The notes: a model not told the origin generated them from the letters alone. A stretch of DNA of 64,000 bases from Waddliaceae bacterium (GCA_963724325.1 CAVRUH010000007.1:352001-416000), one strand, 5' to 3'; positions 10,353 through 21,042 are shown, counted from the first letter of the stretch. Translations and numbers: made by a program.

Positions 10353-10386
10353 TTGAATAAATAATCTATATCAACTATCATAGTTG
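10353..10386 (+). promoter_or_regulatory. TA promoter with overlapping palindromic operator
   Basis: TTGAAT-17 bp-TATCAT; inverted repeat CAACTAT-C-ATAGTTG (10372-10386) overlaps the -10 box. Confidence 0.6.
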
Positions 10387-10406
10387 TATGAGATGTGGAG
10401 GTTATT

Positions 10407-10670
10407 ATGCCAATAGATATTGGAACGGATGAGGTTCGTAAAAAAATGGGAGAAATCCTTGATTGTGTTTATTTGCGAGGTGATGAATTCATTATTAGCA
10501 GGAAAAGTAAAGCTCTCGCTGCTCTTATCCCAGTGCAAAAACTTAATGCTTTAAACTCAGCTGCTAAACGCTATCTCCTAGAATATATGAACGAACAGAA
10601 GGGAAAGATTTCAGCTAAAGAAATGAATAAAATCATTGATGAAGCCAAAAATAAAATTCGTAAATCTTGA
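10407..10670 (+). CDS. Phd/YefM-family antitoxin
   Basis: IGTDEVRKKMGEILDCVYLRGDEFIISRKSKALAALIP; GGAGG RBS; upstream of a PIN gene. Confidence 0.8.
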   Translation: MPIDIGTDEVRKKMGEILDCVYLRGDEFIISRKSKALAALIPVQKLNALNSAAKRYLLEYMNEQKGKISAKEMNKIIDEAKNKIRKS

Positions 10671-10676
10671 TAAAGA

Positions 10677-11120
10677 ATGAAAATTCGTATTGTATTAGAC
10701 ACAAAAGTGCTAGCTAGCGCATTAATGAATTCAGCTAGCGCACCTGGTAAGGTGCTTAAGCGCTTAATTGCTAATCCTACTTTTGAAATTGTTGTATCAG
10801 AGCCTATTTTGACAGAATTAAAAAGAGTCTTATTTTATCCCAAGGTTAGATGCAGAATTAAAGGCACAGATGATGACATTCACCATTGGGTTGAAGCAAT
10901 TACAATTGTCGCTCATTTTGTTACCCCCATATTTGACTACAATACTATAATAGTAAAGGATGATCCAGATGGCGACAAATTCATTATTGCAGCCATTGAA
11001 GGTCTAGCAAAATATATAGTCAGTGGAGACGAACATTTGCTGCATCTTAAAAAATATCAAAACATCGAAATTCTCAATCCAAGAGATTTCATAATCCAGT
11101 GTGAAACCAATGATATTTAA
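10677..11120 (+). CDS. PIN-domain toxin (PIN_3-type)
   Basis: IVLDTKV, EL, DPDGDKFIIAA, YIVSGDEHLL motifs. Confidence 0.85.
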   Translation: MKIRIVLDTKVLASALMNSASAPGKVLKRLIANPTFEIVVSEPILTELKRVLFYPKVRCRIKGTDDDIHHWVEAITIVAHFVTPIFDYNTIIVKDDPDGDKFIIAAIEGLAKYIVSGDEHLLHLKKYQNIEILNPRDFIIQCETNDI

Positions 11121-12393
11121 AATTTTTTATGAATTAGGTTTGATAGTGTTGGCATTAGTTGCCATGCCAATGTTTTTGTATCGACTTATCTTTGAAAAGA
11201 AATACCGATCCAATATTCTGCACCGACTCGGATTCGATTTTCCAAAAATCAATAAACAAAATAGACCTCTTATTTGGATCCATGCTGCATCCATTGGCGA
11301 AACCAAAGCCATTGCCACCCTTGCAAAAAAAATAAAAATAGAATGGGATAATCCCATCATCCTCATATCTTCAGTAACCGAAACAGGACACGCTGAAGCA
11401 CTCAAAAGTATCCCAGAAGCAGATTTCCACGCATACCTTCCTTTTGACTTCGGATGGATCATCAGACCAATCGTCAAAAGAATCCAACCAAACCTCGTCA
11501 TCCTCTCCGAATCAGAATTTTGGTTTAATTTTCTCGACGCTAGCAAAAAAAACAAAGCCAAAGTAGTCCTAGTTAATGGAAAACTATCTCTCCGCTCGCT
11601 TAACAGATTCTCCAAATTCCACTGGGCTGTTGACCCCTTTTTTAATAGCATTGACCTCTTCTGCGTTCAAGGCGAACTCTATGCCGAACGTTTCAGACAA
11701 CTCGGAATTCCCCAAGAAAAAATCAGTGTGACCGGCAACCTGAAATTCGACGAAAAAGATGATTCAATGCCCCCTGAAGAGAGAGAACAATGGAGAAATA
11801 CCTTAGGAATCGACTCTAACCGCCCAATTTTGGTCCTAGGTTCAACTCATGACCCCGAAGAAAAACTTTTTCTTGATCAGCTCGAAGAAGTATGGAAGAA
11901 ATTCCCAAGTTTAGCTGTGATTATCGTCCCGAGGCATAAAGAACGATTTAATGAGGTTGCCAGCCTGCTTGACGCACAAAAGATACCATTTGCTATTTTC
12001 TCTCTCAAAACACCTTGTGAAGGCAAAAAAGTGCTTTTGATGGATGCAATGGGAGTGCTTAGAAAATGCTATCAAATTGCAAATATTGCCTTCGTTGGAG
12101 GCACCTATACACCAAAAGTAGGGGGCCATAGCATCATTGAACCTGCTAGGTATGGAGTCCCAGTAATTTATGGGCCGTACATGTACTCGCAACCCGATAT
12201 GATTGAACTCGTTCAGAGATACAAAGCAGGCCTCCAAGTACCTTCAGAGGCTGTTTCTGCAACGCTTATCGACCTCCTTTCTTCACCAGCAAAAGTGAGT
12301 GAAATGGGGGCATCTGGACTGCGAATGCTGGCTGATTTACAAGGAATTACAAATAAAACAGAAAAGTGCTTGAAAGAAATTACCCGAACGTAG
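11110..12393 (+). CDS. waaA: 3-deoxy-D-manno-octulosonic acid (Kdo) transferase
   Basis: IWIHAASIGE, LPFD, SESEFW, VTGNLKFD, GSTH, IVPRH, GGHSIIEPA. Confidence 0.95.
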   Translation: MIFKIFYELGLIVLALVAMPMFLYRLIFEKKYRSNILHRLGFDFPKINKQNRPLIWIHAASIGETKAIATLAKKIKIEWDNPIILISSVTETGHAEALKSIPEADFHAYLPFDFGWIIRPIVKRIQPNLVILSESEFWFNFLDASKKNKAKVVLVNGKLSLRSLNRFSKFHWAVDPFFNSIDLFCVQGELYAERFRQLGIPQEKISVTGNLKFDEKDDSMPPEEREQWRNTLGIDSNRPILVLGSTHDPEEKLFLDQLEEVWKKFPSLAVIIVPRHKERFNEVASLLDAQKIPFAIFSLKTPCEGKKVLLMDAMGVLRKCYQIANIAFVGGTYTPKVGGHSIIEPARYGVPVIYGPYMYSQPDMIELVQRYKAGLQVPSEAVSATLIDLLSSPAKVSEMGASGLRMLADLQGITNKTEKCLKEITRT

Positions 12394-12416
12394 TATTGTT
12401 ATTGTTCATTGATTGA

Positions 12417-12489
12417 CGCGGGGTGGAGCAGGGGTTAGCTCGTTGGGCTCATAACCCAAAGGCCGGTGGTTCGAATCCACCCCCCGCTA
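12417..12489 (+). tRNA. tRNA-fMet (CAT), initiator
   Basis: CGCGGGG acceptor with unpaired C1, GGG/CCC anticodon stem, CTCATAA loop, TTCGAAT T-loop; CCA not encoded. Confidence 0.95.
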
Positions 12490-12498
12490 TTGTTCTTC

Positions 12499-12571
12499 AG
12501 CGGTATAGCTCAGTGGTTAGAGCAGCGGAATCATAATCCGTTGGTCGCTGGTTCAAGTCCGGCTACCGCTA
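12499..12571 (+). tRNA. tRNA-Met (CAT), probably elongator (Ile2 not excluded)
   Basis: AGCGGTA/TACCGCT acceptor stem, GCGGA-ATCATAA-TCCGT anticodon arm, GGTTCAAGTCC T arm. Confidence 0.9.
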
Positions 12572-12605
12572 ACATCTTAAGTCCTCTAAGCTATACTGGT
12601 TTCTA

Positions 12606-13136
12606 ATGAATAAAAAACAAAGACCTAAAATCTCCATTTATATTGCGCTAAGTATTGACGGATATATTGCCCGTAAAGACGACAGTCTGGATTGGCTTGA
12701 CCGCGTCGCGGGATATGAAGAAGACTATGGATTGCGAGAGTTGCTTGCTAGCATTGATGCATTGATTATCGGCCGTAAAACGTATGAAGTTGCTTCGACC
12801 GTTCAGGATCCTTATCCAGGCAAAAGAGTGTTAGTTTTAAGTAACAGTCTAGAAGCTGTGAAGCCTGGAATGGAGCTTTATAGAGGGGATTTAGGAGATT
12901 TAGTTGCGAGGTTGCATAATGAAGGAATCAAACATATTTGGGTTGATGGAGGGCATACAATTTCTCAATTCCTCTCGCAACAGCTTGTTGACGAAATGAC
13001 GCTATCAGTGATACCTATAGTGCTCGGTGGTGGAATTCCTTTATTCCATGCAATGGAAGAGATTCCTTGTCGACTAATATCATCCCAATCCTATCAGAGC
13101 GGACTCGCCCAGCTGCATTATGAAATCGTCAAGTAG
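12606..13136 (+). CDS. Dihydrofolate reductase / RibD C-terminal family protein
   Basis: YIALSIDGYIA, IGRKTY, IWVDGG, LVDEMTLSVIPIVLGGGIPLF. Confidence 0.9.
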   Translation: MNKKQRPKISIYIALSIDGYIARKDDSLDWLDRVAGYEEDYGLRELLASIDALIIGRKTYEVASTVQDPYPGKRVLVLSNSLEAVKPGMELYRGDLGDLVARLHNEGIKHIWVDGGHTISQFLSQQLVDEMTLSVIPIVLGGGIPLFHAMEEIPCRLISSQSYQSGLAQLHYEIVK

Positions 13137-13158
13137 TTGCTCACTATACGATGAAAAA

Positions 13159-13373
13159 CTGTGGCCTGCACTCTCCGAGTGCAGGTTTGGTATTGGCCGA
13201 TAGGAAGGCAAATAATTGGTATAGGAAGATTTTCAAATGCTGGTGCGTTTCTATGGGTAACTTCCTTAATGTCGTTGTATACCAAACCTGCTCTCGGAGA
13301 GAGCAGTCCACAGCGTAACTTCCTTAATGTCGTTGTATACCAAACCTGCTCTCGGAGAGAGCAGTCCACAGCG
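13159..13373. repeat. REP/REPIN-like cluster: one GTGG-hairpin on the plus strand facing two tandem 58-bp copies on the minus strand
   Basis: GTGG-CCTGCACTC-TCC-GAGTGCAGG at 13161-13185; exact 58-bp duplication 13257-13314 / 13315-13372 carries the inverted variant. Confidence 0.8.
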
Positions 13374-13455
13374 CAATAGAGTCACTTGACAAAAACCTAG
13401 GCGTTTCGTTAAGTTGTGTTGTGTTGATTTAAAAACTTTACGAAGGAGGATAATT

Positions 13456-13752
13456 ATGAATGAACATAACATGTTAGTTACATTGGGAGGATTTTTGGGT
13501 GCTTTGTCAACTTGGCCGTGGATGACAAAGGAACTCGTTCATAATTCTTTAGCGGATGCTGTCAGTGCTGTGGCAGCTGGTGCGCTTGTTGGTGCAGGCA
13601 TCATGAGCATAGGCTGTGCAGCGATCAAACGTGTTGAACAACTAGAAATAAACAGTACGTTATCAGGGGGACTAACTGTAGTTCTACAAGTTGCAACTGT
13701 AGTTGCAGTCCAGTTTACATCCATGAGTGTCGCAAACTACGTAACACTCTAG
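13456..13752 (+). CDS. Small hydrophobic hypothetical protein
   Basis: AGGAGG RBS before ATG 13456; TTGACA at 13387; three hydrophobic segments. Confidence 0.6.
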   Translation: MNEHNMLVTLGGFLGALSTWPWMTKELVHNSLADAVSAVAAGALVGAGIMSIGCAAIKRVEQLEINSTLSGGLTVVLQVATVVAVQFTSMSVANYVTL

Positions 13753-13914
13753 TAAAAAAATGAAAAAGTTTCGGTCATTTTCTCCGTAGCTTTGCGACTC
13801 CGCGTCGTCGCATTGATTCAATTAGATAAATATTTTTGTTTGCTGACGGCTGCAAATAAGAGTTGCAAAAATGGGGTGTTTTATGCAATATTGTTTCTTA
13901 AAAAGGAGCAAATA

Positions 13915-14862
13915 ATGAATTTATTATCCTCAGTCTCTAAAATTGAAGTTAAACCTGAATGTTCTCAATTTTCCGATTTAAACGAGTGGAATCATCATGA
14001 TTGTGAGCACTCATGCCTATTTACTTTTCAATGGAAACATGAGAATTCCGCAGAGCAATCTCCTAAGTCTATTGAATGGAAAGACTCTGTTGATCTCTGT
14101 GGTTCTGAAATACATTGCCTTATTCAAGGATTAACTGAAAACACTATCCAGCCTCATGCAACGCTTCCATGGATGAAACTTCATTTTAAGCATATTCAGC
14201 GCAAACATTTTCCTCATGGAAGAGCTTTGGATATTATCGAAAAGGTTTATAATATTGTAGAAAGTAAATTGAAAAGAGTAACTCGAATTCCCTTAGTTGA
14301 ATGTAAAGGTTTTATCGATGATGAAAACTATAGGAAAAATATAGAAAATTTGATCATTTCGAAAAAATCTAAACTATTGGGAAATGAAGTGAAATATTTC
14401 TCTGGTGGAATACATCAGATGGACAATGAGGCTAATCTAATTGCTTTTACAACATTTAATGTGTTCGAGGCAGATTTGCACGGCACGGATCTTCATGTTA
14501 CCGTGGAGAATTGTTATTCACCGGTGTGGGCTGTAGAAGTGTGTTGGGTTCCTCCAGAAAATGGAGAAAGAATGACTCTATGGCTGGTTGATAGGTCTAA
14601 TAAAAAACCTGATTTAGGCTCAACAATTCATGCGTCTAAAATGAGAATCAGGGTGCCTGTGTCACAGCTATTAAAAGAGCACAAAGTTATAGATATAGCA
14701 GCCAGACGACCGCCATCTTTGAAGGTGGATTCTTATGGAAATAATGTTCATGAATTGCAGCTTATTCTATCATCAGAAAAAATTTTGCTTGCCACGTTGG
14801 AAATCGACGATTCATCAGAGCATGAGGGAGAGTCTGATCACAAGAGAGCTAAAGTCGACTAA
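13915..14862 (+). CDS. Hypothetical protein
   Basis: AAGGAG RBS before ATG 13915; long ORF, no recognised family; ends HKRAKVD. Confidence 0.65.
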   Translation: MNLLSSVSKIEVKPECSQFSDLNEWNHHDCEHSCLFTFQWKHENSAEQSPKSIEWKDSVDLCGSEIHCLIQGLTENTIQPHATLPWMKLHFKHIQRKHFPHGRALDIIEKVYNIVESKLKRVTRIPLVECKGFIDDENYRKNIENLIISKKSKLLGNEVKYFSGGIHQMDNEANLIAFTTFNVFEADLHGTDLHVTVENCYSPVWAVEVCWVPPENGERMTLWLVDRSNKKPDLGSTIHASKMRIRVPVSQLLKEHKVIDIAARRPPSLKVDSYGNNVHELQLILSSEKILLATLEIDDSSEHEGESDHKRAKVD

Positions 14863-15428
14863 TTCAAGCTAAGGTCTTCTGGGATCATGGCGAGGGTGGC
14901 GTATTTGCCGCCCATTTCGCGGAGAAGGGTCTGCCAGAGCTTTTCTGGGGGGACCTGGAAGATGTGACGCTTGGAAGCAGGATAAAGGTACCAACCGCCA
15001 TCCAGGAATTCACGTTCTAGCTGACCAGCGCCCCAGCCGCAATAGCCAAAGCAAAGAAGAACTTCAGGTCCTTCAGGATTGGATATTATTTCTTGCAAAA
15101 ATTGCAGATCGCCGCCTAAAAAAACGTCCTGGCATACTTCAAGGGTCTGCTCAATGATCTTATTAGAAGTATGCAGCAACATCATCTGATTCGTCTGTAC
15201 GGGCCCGCCGGCACGTATGCCAACATTTGGATTCGCTAGGTTGCTCACACTGACGATTTCTTCTGGCAATTCCAAATTAAGACTCTTATTGATTACCAAA
15301 CCAAATGATCCATTAGGATTGTGTTCGCAAATGAGAACCACACTTCGAAAAAATATCCCTCCCTCAACGTCTGGAGTGGATATCATAAAGGTTCCTTTCT
15401 GAATTTGACTATAGGGTAGGTTTTCCAA
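14859..15428 (-). CDS. YqgE/AlgH family protein
   Basis: [37 protein letters not shown]. Confidence 0.92.
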   Translation of the reverse strand: MENLPYSQIQKGTFMISTPDVEGGIFFRSVVLICEHNPNGSFGLVINKSLNLELPEEIVSVSNLANPNVGIRAGGPVQTNQMMLLHTSNKIIEQTLEVCQDVFLGGDLQFLQEIISNPEGPEVLLCFGYCGWGAGQLEREFLDGGWYLYPASKRHIFQVPPEKLWQTLLREMGGKYATLAMIPEDLSLN

Positions 15429-15430
15429 GA

Positions 15431-16429
15431 TTATTCTCCATTAACAAGCTGTGTGTTATACATTCTAATCTCTTCTTCAAGTGCGGTCACCCGCCTCATG
15501 AGTTCAATATATACTTTAGTAAATTCTTTGTCCTCAATGAGGTTGCATTGGGCGGATTTGTCCATGACCATTGAGACACGTGCGAGAGAGGTTTGAATTT
15601 GATTGATTTCATCGTTGAAGTAATTTCTAAATTCCTGAGGAGTGGATAATTTTTCGAGAAGGTTCATCCGGCGTGCGCGGAGCCGTTGCCATCCTTTATC
15701 GTTTTGGAATAGGATTCCATAGTGGTTAATGTCATCAAGAATAGTCTCACCTTTCCCTAGAAGGGCCATGGTGTTCAGGTAGAGTTCGTCATTAGAAAAT
15801 ATTTTTCCGGCGGTTCCTTTGCCTTCTTTTACGTTAGCAATAATTTGATTCATATTGTCTATAGCATCACCGATATTTTCCCAGGCCTTTTTTTCATCAA
15901 GCGTCACAAATGCCGAGTGAATCTTGTCTAAGAGTAAATCAAGACGAGCGGCAACATCTTTAAATTCTTTAAAGGTATCTTCGACGGTTCCTACTTTTTC
16001 TGAGTACATGATTTCATTTTTTGTGACGAGTTTGAGTTTCTGACCTGGTTTTAGTGGTACGGGGTCAATAGCGACAGACCTTTCACCTAGCAGACCGGCA
16101 GTTCTGAGTACGATTTTATCAGTGGTATATACTTTAATCGAGCTATCTATAGCTAATATAAGTTCATAGGGATAGATGTCTCCGCCATGTTGAGCACGAT
16201 AGATGATGGCATCGGGTACTTCGTTGATGACGGTGACTTCTCCAACTGGTTTTCCTGCGAAGAGGACACGAGTCCCGACGTTGACCTTATCTATATCTGC
16301 AAATAGTACTCGGATGTTTTGAGCTTCGTCGCCTATGTATGGATGTATAAAGAGCAGCATACAGATGATCACGCCAATGGCAGTAAAGACGAAAATCCCT
16401 ATAAGCAAATTCTTTATTCTATCTGGCAT
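15431..16429 (-). CDS. mlaD: MCE/MlaD family protein
   Basis: N-terminal [23 protein letters not shown]; in an operon with mlaE and mlaF. Confidence 0.85.
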   Translation of the reverse strand: MPDRIKNLLIGIFVFTAIGVIICMLLFIHPYIGDEAQNIRVLFADIDKVNVGTRVLFAGKPVGEVTVINEVPDAIIYRAQHGGDIYPYELILAIDSSIKVYTTDKIVLRTAGLLGERSVAIDPVPLKPGQKLKLVTKNEIMYSEKVGTVEDTFKEFKDVAARLDLLLDKIHSAFVTLDEKKAWENIGDAIDNMNQIIANVKEGKGTAGKIFSNDELYLNTMALLGKGETILDDINHYGILFQNDKGWQRLRARRMNLLEKLSTPQEFRNYFNDEINQIQTSLARVSMVMDKSAQCNLIEDKEFTKVYIELMRRVTALEEEIRMYNTQLVNGE

Positions 16430-16435
16430 AAAACA

Positions 16436-17206
16436 TTAACTCCTTTTATTATCACCCTTAATTACATCTTCTGTCAGTAAAGCGTAATTTAAGAACTTTT
16501 GCAATAGCGGATCTTGAATTTTCATAAATTCTTCTTTTGTGGCAATATGTAGTATTTTTCCTTCTGCATGGAATGCTAATCTGTCGCAAATTTCGAGCGC
16601 ATAGCGAATTTCATGTGTGACGACAATGCTTGTGGCTTTGAGTTCTTTTTGGGCCTTATTGATAAGTTCGGTGATGTGCATGGCGGTTATTGGGTCGAGC
16701 CCGGTGGTTGGTTCGTCGTATAATACGATATTTGGTCTATAGATGATCATCCGGGCTAGGGCGGCGCGTTTTTTCATTCCGCCTGAAAGATTTGAGGGCA
16801 TTTTTTCCCGCACATCTGTTAGGTCGACCATCTTAAGTGCTTCTAGAACACGCTCTTGTATTTCTTTTTCTTTCAAGCCAGGCTGGTGTTCTCTTAAATA
16901 AAAGGAAACATTGTCTCCGACATTCATAGAATCAAATAATGCAGAACTTTGAAAAAGCATTCCCATTTTCATAGTTTCTATTTCTCTGTCTTTAGTAGAA
17001 AGTAAGCCTAGATTTTTACCATGAACTTCAATATGACCTTTATCTGGTTTTTCGATTCCGATGATTTGTCGCAGAAGAACGCTTTTTCCTACACCCGATC
17101 TGCCTAATATGACTAATGTTTCACCTTCTGCAACTGTCAAATTTAGTCCAGTGAGTACCTTTTGCTCACCATAACTTTTCCAGAGGTCATGTACATTGAT
17201 TGCCAT
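16436..17206 (-). CDS. mlaF: MlaF-type ABC ATPase
   Basis: GRSGVGKS, LSGGMKKRAALAR, LYDEPTTGLDP. Confidence 0.9.
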   Translation of the reverse strand: MAINVHDLWKSYGEQKVLTGLNLTVAEGETLVILGRSGVGKSVLLRQIIGIEKPDKGHIEVHGKNLGLLSTKDREIETMKMGMLFQSSALFDSMNVGDNVSFYLREHQPGLKEKEIQERVLEALKMVDLTDVREKMPSNLSGGMKKRAALARMIIYRPNIVLYDEPTTGLDPITAMHITELINKAQKELKATSIVVTHEIRYALEICDRLAFHAEGKILHIATKEEFMKIQDPLLQKFLNYALLTEDVIKGDNKRS

Positions 17207-17207
17207 A

Positions 17208-18002
17208 TTATGCTACCCACCCTGGAAAATTCTCTTTTAGGAACATATAGGATTCATTTAATCCCATTGTGAGGAAAAAATTGGTGATCAATATTGCCGA
17301 GTAGCAAATCACCACGCTATTCGTAGTTGCCCTTCCAACCCCGGCTGCGCCGCCTTTCGTGATCATTCCTCGGTAGCATGAGATGGTGACGATGATGATG
17401 CCGAAAAAGACTGCTTTTGCGAATCCGCTAAAGATATCAAAATTTCGAACATAAACTTTCACTGGGTCGAAAAATGAGATATAGGTCATTTTGTAATAGT
17501 AGACAGCGATCACATAACCACCAGCTATACCCATAATGCAGCTGAAAATAGTGAGAATGGGAAGCATAAATGTTCCAGCGATGAAGCGTGGTGCGACCAG
17601 ATATTGAAGGGGATTAACGGACATTGAGGAAAGAGCATCTATTTGTTCGGTTACGCGCATGGTGCCTAGTTCGGCGCACATAGCTGCTCCAACCCTTCCT
17701 GTGACCATGAATGCAGTGAGGATTGGTCCGAGTTCGACAAGCATGGCTTTGGTTACCATGAGTCCTGTAATCCCTGAGAGCCCTTTATCTGATAGTTGGA
17801 AGAAAGATTGAGCTGCCAGAACCATTCCTGTCGAGAATCCTGTAAAGGCCACTACGGGAAGTGAAAGAACTCCGATTTCGTACATTTGATTTCTGATAAG
17901 TTTAAGAGAAGGGGGATGGGCAATGCTTAGCCACACGACCTCTAGAGTCATGTTGATATAATCGCCTAGGGCAACAAATCCGTTGGCCAATTTTTTAAGC
18001 AT
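17208..18002 (-). CDS. mlaE: MlaE-type ABC permease
   Basis: ELGPILTA...GRVGAAMCAELGTMRVTEQIDAL; GGAAGVGRATT. Confidence 0.93.
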   Translation of the reverse strand: MLKKLANGFVALGDYINMTLEVVWLSIAHPPSLKLIRNQMYEIGVLSLPVVAFTGFSTGMVLAAQSFFQLSDKGLSGITGLMVTKAMLVELGPILTAFMVTGRVGAAMCAELGTMRVTEQIDALSSMSVNPLQYLVAPRFIAGTFMLPILTIFSCIMGIAGGYVIAVYYYKMTYISFFDPVKVYVRNFDIFSGFAKAVFFGIIIVTISCYRGMITKGGAAGVGRATTNSVVICYSAILITNFFLTMGLNESYMFLKENFPGWVA

Positions 18003-18038
18003 ACCGTGATTCCTGAAAAATCAATTCTTTTTTTCATA

Positions 18039-19802
18039 TTAGAGTAATTGAGATTTTTTTTCGAGGAATTCCCATCTATCGTAGAGTGTTTCGAGTGTTT
18101 TTTGGGCTTTTTCGATTTCTTTATAGATTTTCTGATCACCAGATTCCACTTTTTGAAGTAGGTCACTGAGTGTCAGTTCTGCGGTTTCTATGGCTTTTTG
18201 TATTCCGTTGAGTTCGTGCTGTTCGGTATAGCTGAGTTTTTTTGCAGGAGTGGCTTGTTTGACTGGTTTAGCTTCTTTCGCTTTTGGTTTGGCCTTTTCC
18301 TCTTTGCGGGCCTCTTCCCATTGTGCGTAGTCGGCATAGAGTTGGCTTTCGCAATTTTCGCCAAGACCGATCACTTGAGTGCAAACGCGGTCCATGAGGT
18401 AGCGGTCGTGAGAGATCAGGACAACGGCCCCTGGAAATTCTCGAATGCTATCTTCGATCACCTCGAGAGTAGGGATATCGAGGTCGTTTGTTGGTTCGTC
18501 AAGGAATAGGATGTCTGCCGGTTCGAGCATGAGACGGGCGATGAGAATTCGAGCTCGCTCTCCACCAGATAAATAGCCTACAGGGAGTTCTAAACGATCG
18601 GAGGCAAATAAAAAACGTCGTGCCCATCCGTTTACATGGATAGGACGTCCCAGGTAGGTCACCGTATCGCTGTTGGGAGCAAGGGCACGGCGAAGGGTGA
18701 CGTCAGTGGGAACTCTTTCTCGATGTTGGTCGAAATAGACAAGCTTGAGCTCGTCGGCATATTTGATGGTTCCTGTATCTGGAGCTATCTGTTTGGCTAG
18801 CATCCTCATTAGTGTGGTTTTTCCTGTTCCATTGGCGCCAACGATGCCTAGGCAGGATCCAGGAGATAGCGTGAGGTCGATTCCTTTGAAGAGTTGTTTT
18901 CCTCCAAGGGATTTTGAGATGTTTTTTGCTACAAGGAGCTTACGAGTTTCCCTATCAGAAGCAGCAAAATCAATATCGACACGGTCATTTTTGTTTCGAC
19001 GTTTAAGATCGCCAAGTTCTTGGATCAGTCCCTCGGCTCGATCGATGCGGGAGCGTGATTTTGTTGTGCGTGCTTTTGGAGAACGGCGAAGCCAGTCGAT
19101 TTCATCTTTTACAACACCTCGGAGAGCTCGTTCTTGTTCTTCTTGTCCTCTCAGGAATTCTTCGCGTAGTTCGACAAAAGTACTGAGTTTGCCTTCACAG
19201 GCAAAGATCCCTTGGGGATAACATTTATTTAATTCGATAGTCCGGTTGGTGACGTGTTCGAGAAAATATCGATCATGGCTAACAACGATGTATGAAACTT
19301 TTTCTTTTTGAAGAAATTGTTCCAACCAAAGGATGCCTTCGAGGTCTAGGTGATTTGTTGGTTCGTCAAGAAGAAGCAAATCGGGCTTTTTCATGAGGGC
19401 CATGAGAATATCGAGACGCTTTTTCCAGCCCCCTGAAAGTTTAGAAGCATGTTGATCGTTGTCAGTAAATCCTGCTTTGCTAAGCAGAATGCGCGCAAGA
19501 GTGTGTTTTTCGTATTCATCACCCTCGATTCCATTTTTTACAAGTACATCTTCGACGGGTTCATCCGGAAATTCCGGTTCTTGCGAGGCATATCCCAGTC
19601 GGAGTCCTCCTGTACGGGAAATTTGACCGCTGTCAGGCGGCTCAATTCCCATCAGGATTTTCATTAACGTGGATTTACCGGCCCCGTTAGGGCCAACAAT
19701 GCCAATGCGATCGCCGTCGGAGACGGTAAATGAAATCCCTTCAAAGAGGGTTTGCGAGCCGAATGACTTGCCTAAGTTTTGAATGCCGATTAAAAGAGCC
19801 AT
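18039..19802 (-). CDS. uup: ABC-F family ATPase (Uup-like)
   Basis: Two ABC domains (GPNGAGKS, GANGTGKT), DEPTNHLD / DEPTNDLD, linker WLRRSPKARTTKS. Confidence 0.88.
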   Translation of the reverse strand: MALLIGIQNLGKSFGSQTLFEGISFTVSDGDRIGIVGPNGAGKSTLMKILMGIEPPDSGQISRTGGLRLGYASQEPEFPDEPVEDVLVKNGIEGDEYEKHTLARILLSKAGFTDNDQHASKLSGGWKKRLDILMALMKKPDLLLLDEPTNHLDLEGILWLEQFLQKEKVSYIVVSHDRYFLEHVTNRTIELNKCYPQGIFACEGKLSTFVELREEFLRGQEEQERALRGVVKDEIDWLRRSPKARTTKSRSRIDRAEGLIQELGDLKRRNKNDRVDIDFAASDRETRKLLVAKNISKSLGGKQLFKGIDLTLSPGSCLGIVGANGTGKTTLMRMLAKQIAPDTGTIKYADELKLVYFDQHRERVPTDVTLRRALAPNSDTVTYLGRPIHVNGWARRFLFASDRLELPVGYLSGGERARILIARLMLEPADILFLDEPTNDLDIPTLEVIEDSIREFPGAVVLISHDRYLMDRVCTQVIGLGENCESQLYADYAQWEEARKEEKAKPKAKEAKPVKQATPAKKLSYTEQHELNGIQKAIETAELTLSDLLQKVESGDQKIYKEIEKAQKTLETLYDRWEFLEKKSQLL

Positions 19803-20987
19803 TTATACCATATTAAAAATTTCGCTAACGATGACCGCAATGCCCACCAAGACAGACAATCCAATCAGCCATTTTTTTTCCAATTCTGGATAATGGTATT
19901 TGTGCTGTCCGATACGCCCTAAGAGGTATATTGGCAATAAAACGGCTATTATAGCCAAGATCATACCCGCAAATCCCAAGGCTGCAATGAAGGCGTTAGG
20001 TACATATATTACCACAAAATAGGCAGGAAGTATAGTAACAATTGCAGATATTAAGCGATTTTTGAATAGCGTAGCTTGCAGCGTTTCACAAAGTCCAACT
20101 CCAACTCCAATAACCGAAGTGGCAATAGCCAATAGTGAAATCCACCATACTAATAATTGAACGGCGTGCCATTTTGCGATACTGCTCAATGCCTGTATGA
20201 GTTCGCCAACTTCTACGTTGCCCAAGGTCATTTGAGTGTAGAAAGAGGGATTATCGTGATAAACGACGCTCAAAACACAGCTTGTCCAGAGAACATACAC
20301 AATAGCTGGGATTAAACTTCCCCAAAAGAAGGCTAATTTGAGCATTTTTATATTCTTATGGCAGTAGTTTGTCAGGGTGTGAAAGATTACCTGAAATCCG
20401 AATGAGGTGAATACAACGGGGATAATTGCTGCCCAAACTTTGATATCGGTATAGTTTTCTGAAAACAGGGGTAAATGCGACCAATCGACAGCGATAACCA
20501 AGCCGCCAAGTAAAATAGCGACCACGGCAAGTAAACCCACGAATAAGAACCGGTTGAGATAGTCAATCCATCGGATTGGTAGTAATAGAAGGGCGGTGGC
20601 CCCCATTGCGTAGCAGCCAGCTATATAATCGAAAGCATATGTTTTGCCAAAGTGGGTAGTGATGAGCTCTTGTGTGACAGATGAGCCTCCGTATATAAAT
20701 ACGGCAAGAAGTGAATATGAAAGGAGCTTAAGGCAGCTAGTTCCAATAAATTCAGCAATTTTACCTGAAAATAGTTTTCCGAGTGCGCCAAGTGATAGCC
20801 CGTGGCCTGCGCGGAGGTTTAGTTCTAGATTGACCAATGAAGTGTAATACATGATGACCCAGATAAAAAGCATAAGCAATATGCTAGGGACTAGGCCCAA
20901 TTTAGCTAATACCATGGGGAGTGCGATCATCCCGCTGCCTATACATGTTCCCGCGACAAGAAGAATAGCACCAACTGTCTTTTGCAT
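19803..20987 (-). CDS. Aromatic amino acid permease (TyrP/Mtr family)
   Basis: GAILLVAGTCIGSGMIALP; FTSFGFQ; ~11 TM segments. Confidence 0.88.
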   Translation of the reverse strand: MQKTVGAILLVAGTCIGSGMIALPMVLAKLGLVPSILLMLFIWVIMYYTSLVNLELNLRAGHGLSLGALGKLFSGKIAEFIGTSCLKLLSYSLLAVFIYGGSSVTQELITTHFGKTYAFDYIAGCYAMGATALLLLPIRWIDYLNRFLFVGLLAVVAILLGGLVIAVDWSHLPLFSENYTDIKVWAAIIPVVFTSFGFQVIFHTLTNYCHKNIKMLKLAFFWGSLIPAIVYVLWTSCVLSVVYHDNPSFYTQMTLGNVEVGELIQALSSIAKWHAVQLLVWWISLLAIATSVIGVGVGLCETLQATLFKNRLISAIVTILPAYFVVIYVPNAFIAALGFAGMILAIIAVLLPIYLLGRIGQHKYHYPELEKKWLIGLSVLVGIAVIVSEIFNMV

Positions 20988-21042
20988 AATAATACCTCGT
21001 CAATCCCAACATTCTAACAGAAAATGCCAAATGTTTCAAATA

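Noticed and set aside
12499..14862. Integrative island at the tRNA-Met 3' end
   Set aside because: No integrase and no duplicated tRNA 3' end (att site) found downstream
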